A stretch of DNA of 63,174 nucleotides, filler included, from Pirum gemmata (taxonomy: Eukaryota), in assembly GCA_002812295.1 (NCBI GenBank). It is 25 parts of 25 records of this genome, joined end to end, with 100 filler letters (N's around TTAATTAATTAA, not from the genome) between each part and the next. Parts side by side here need not be neighbours in the genome. Positions count along the whole stretch, not along the records: positions 60,861 to 63,174 come from PDIN01007046.1; 24 more parts are not named here. One strand, 5' to 3'. The position numbers were made by a program, and so were the translations under genes. Position 1 is the stretch's first letter. Each line of letters starts with the position of its first letter. The notes beneath the pieces were generated by a model. The model was not told the DNA's origin and made no database searches. It saw only the letters and a list, made by a program, of their open reading frames with translations. Of the stretch, positions 60,887-63,174 are shown piece by piece.

Positions 60887-62969
60887 CCAACGAGCAAGTT
60901 CTTTAGAATACAAAATTGCTGGTCCAAAACAAGTAGAAAGAGCATTGTGTGACATTTTGTTTTCATCAATATTATCGGCTACAAGTACTAAATGATTCAT
61001 TAGAAAACCAAGGGTTGCAAGATTTGGCTGGGCCAGCTTACCACAAAGATTTTTAAATTCCGCCATTTTTTCAAAGTGATCTGTATATCAAACAAACAAA
61101 TGAAAAAAATGTTAGTTTTTCGATATCTAATGATTTCAGAAAGTTGCAGGGTACCAACCATAATATGTAATTTTGCTAACATGAGTGTAATGAAAAGAAA
61201 AAAGCCTTAAACTGGATAAAATTAATAAAACTCCCAGAACATTTATATTACAATTATAAACGTAATTGAACTAGTAATATATAAGTTCCATAATTCTTTT
61301 GGAGTTGAAAATAAAAACTTTAATTGGTTTAAAAAATAATTCAATTCTTTTTTTCGGATTTTTTTGGGTACTGAAAAAAAAAAAGATCATGCAATTCTCG
61401 AACAGACTTTGGGTGCAATAACTAAAATGACATTTCGAATGAAAATAGACTACAGCTCGGACGGAAGAAATATATATATGGCGCCATTTTAGGATAACTT
61501 TTTTGAAAAACCTACATGTTAAAAATAGCCCCCCCCACCCCCACCCCCCCTCCTGATTTCTAGGAGAGCTAAAACAGTACAAAATCAACCTTTGAAACCC
61601 ATTAAGTGTTAAAAAAATTCAAATACTGTCCTAATCATGAATAGAAAACCACTAATCAAAAAGGACAAACCTCAAAGGGGCATATTAAGTTGTAGAAGGA
61701 TAAAATAAAAGACTAATTTTTTAGTAAAAATAGAAGAAAAATTGAGCAATATACTTAGTGGAGCGCACCCTTCCTGGAAGATGCTTATGTTAAAAAGAAA
61801 AAAAAAAAGAACAAAAATACAAATAAAGACGAAAAAATAAAATAAAAATGGAGATATAGCCATAATACAAGCTCAAACTTGCCAAAAAAAGAAAAAATAA
61901 ATAAACTTGTTGATTTGGGTGAGATGGCAATATTTCTTACCCTCTATATCAGAGCATACAAGAAAATCCATGTACAATTCTTCGGTCATTAAAGGCTCTG
62001 GTAAATCAGCAAGGTATTGTTTCAAAAGACAAGCTATAGCATGTATATTTACCTTTCTTCCATCTTTAAGTTCTGCAGCTTCTGGTTGCAATTCAACACC
62101 TCTTCCTTTATCAAGAAGACCCTGAAAATATGACAATATATAGATATATATTTGAATTAAAAAATAGTAATACTCATAAAGTAAAGAAGCAAAAAGACAA
62201 TGTCAGTACCATGGAACTAAAACTAGCAATAACTAAAAAAAATTACATACGTAAGCAAAAAGAAGCAAAGAAACAAAAACCAACCACAACCACATCTACA
62301 ACCAAAGCAATATAATCTAGCAATGAACTAAAAATAGCTCAGTGTTTAAATGCGGTAGCATACTCCGGAACGAAAATTTTATACCTTTAATTCATCTATG
62401 ACGATCTTATTTCCTGAAATTCTATAAATCCCATCAACTCTCATTCCGTAGGTTTGTACTTGCTTTATACAACGTATTACAACCAAAGGGACAAATTGAA
62501 AAGCAGGTAAGGCATTCATTTCAAGAGGCTGACCAAAAATACCAGCAGTTTTTTTTAAATTTAAAGTAGTCAATGAGCGTTTTAAAAGTGCTTCTGTTGT
62601 AGCGTATTGAAGAGTTATATTCAACATTCCTTGCGGATGTAAAGGTAATGATTGTGTTTCCAATTCAGTTTTAGCAGTGGCATATAAGCGGATCAAATCA
62701 ACAAAACATTGACCTATCTGACATCGCTTTCTCTTTTTATCTTTGAAACTTAATTGAAGTTTTAAACCAAGAGCACCATCAAGCTCGATAGCCTTAGTTA
62801 CATTCCAATTAATGTCATTTGAGCCCTTTTTCTTGGGAGCCTTTATTTTACCAACCGTTTCAATGTTAGTTTTACTTACACACTCGATATACAACCAACA
62901 CTCATGTGCTTTGCCTATTTTTATGTCCACCCCGTTGTTTATTTTAAGAAAGAGAAGGCCAGTTAAGCC
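60887..62969 (-). CDS. C2 + RhoGAP protein (BCR/ABR- or SYDE-like), internal exons (62385-62969, 61941-62121, ~60887-61080)
   Basis: C2-like region, then GIFGQPL...VPLVVIRCI...GIYRISG (arginine finger), IACLLKQYLADLPEPLM, NLATLGFLMNHL...NKMSHNALSTCFGPAIL. Splice phases are consistent. Confidence 0.9.
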
Positions 62970-63174
62970 CTGTAAAGAAAACAAGAAAAATGGGAACAAG
63001 CAAATTAAAAAAGCTGCCAAATTCAAAATAAATGCCCACAAAAACGGTAGAATACCAAAATAACTGTAACAATAACATATAATATAATAAAAATAATACA
63101 GTAACAAATACGAATGATATTTCACATAATATAGTAATAATAATAAGGATTGCAATTTTGATAATAATAATAAT

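Noticed and set aside
62970..63155. Hydrophobic N-terminus of the 258-aa ORF as a TM region of the RhoGAP
   Set aside because: It is pyrimidine-rich intron sequence upstream of the CAG acceptor at 62970-62972.

Overview
AT-rich eukaryotic DNA that is not one contiguous locus. It is about 25 short contigs (mostly ~2.3 kb) joined by an artificial 100-nt linker (N44-TTAATTAATTAA-N44, stops in all six frames), so no synteny can be inferred across linkers. GT-AG introns, TTAGGG-type repeats, a class-C-like 7TM receptor, a C2-RhoGAP and an MEA1 homologue suggest an opisthokont/amoebozoan-grade protist, possibly a unicellular holozoan (inference only). Supported genes: TPR+SET protein, aldo-keto reductase first exon, 7TM receptor, DYRK2/4/Pom1-type kinase 3' exons, EEP-superfamily enzyme with three Cys/Trp-rich repeats, MDR oxidoreductase last exon, cathepsin L-like protease, MEA1, ankyrin-like protein, a small secreted Cys-rich pro-peptide, C2-RhoGAP and a frameshifted LINE reverse transcriptase. 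Non-coding DNA carries at least 8 non-autonomous TIR (MITE) families, interstitial telomere-like arrays and microsatellites. The most striking signal is that the pervasive 'TAGCTAGCTA / TAGACTA / TAGTCTA / TATCATA / TATGATA' patches parse as chains of TA-(1-4 nt)-TA words. The same words appear as clean insertions at TA sites in single copies of aligned repeats, and several match the terminal bases of resident TA-flanked MITEs. This suggests self-amplifying transposon excision-footprint scars.
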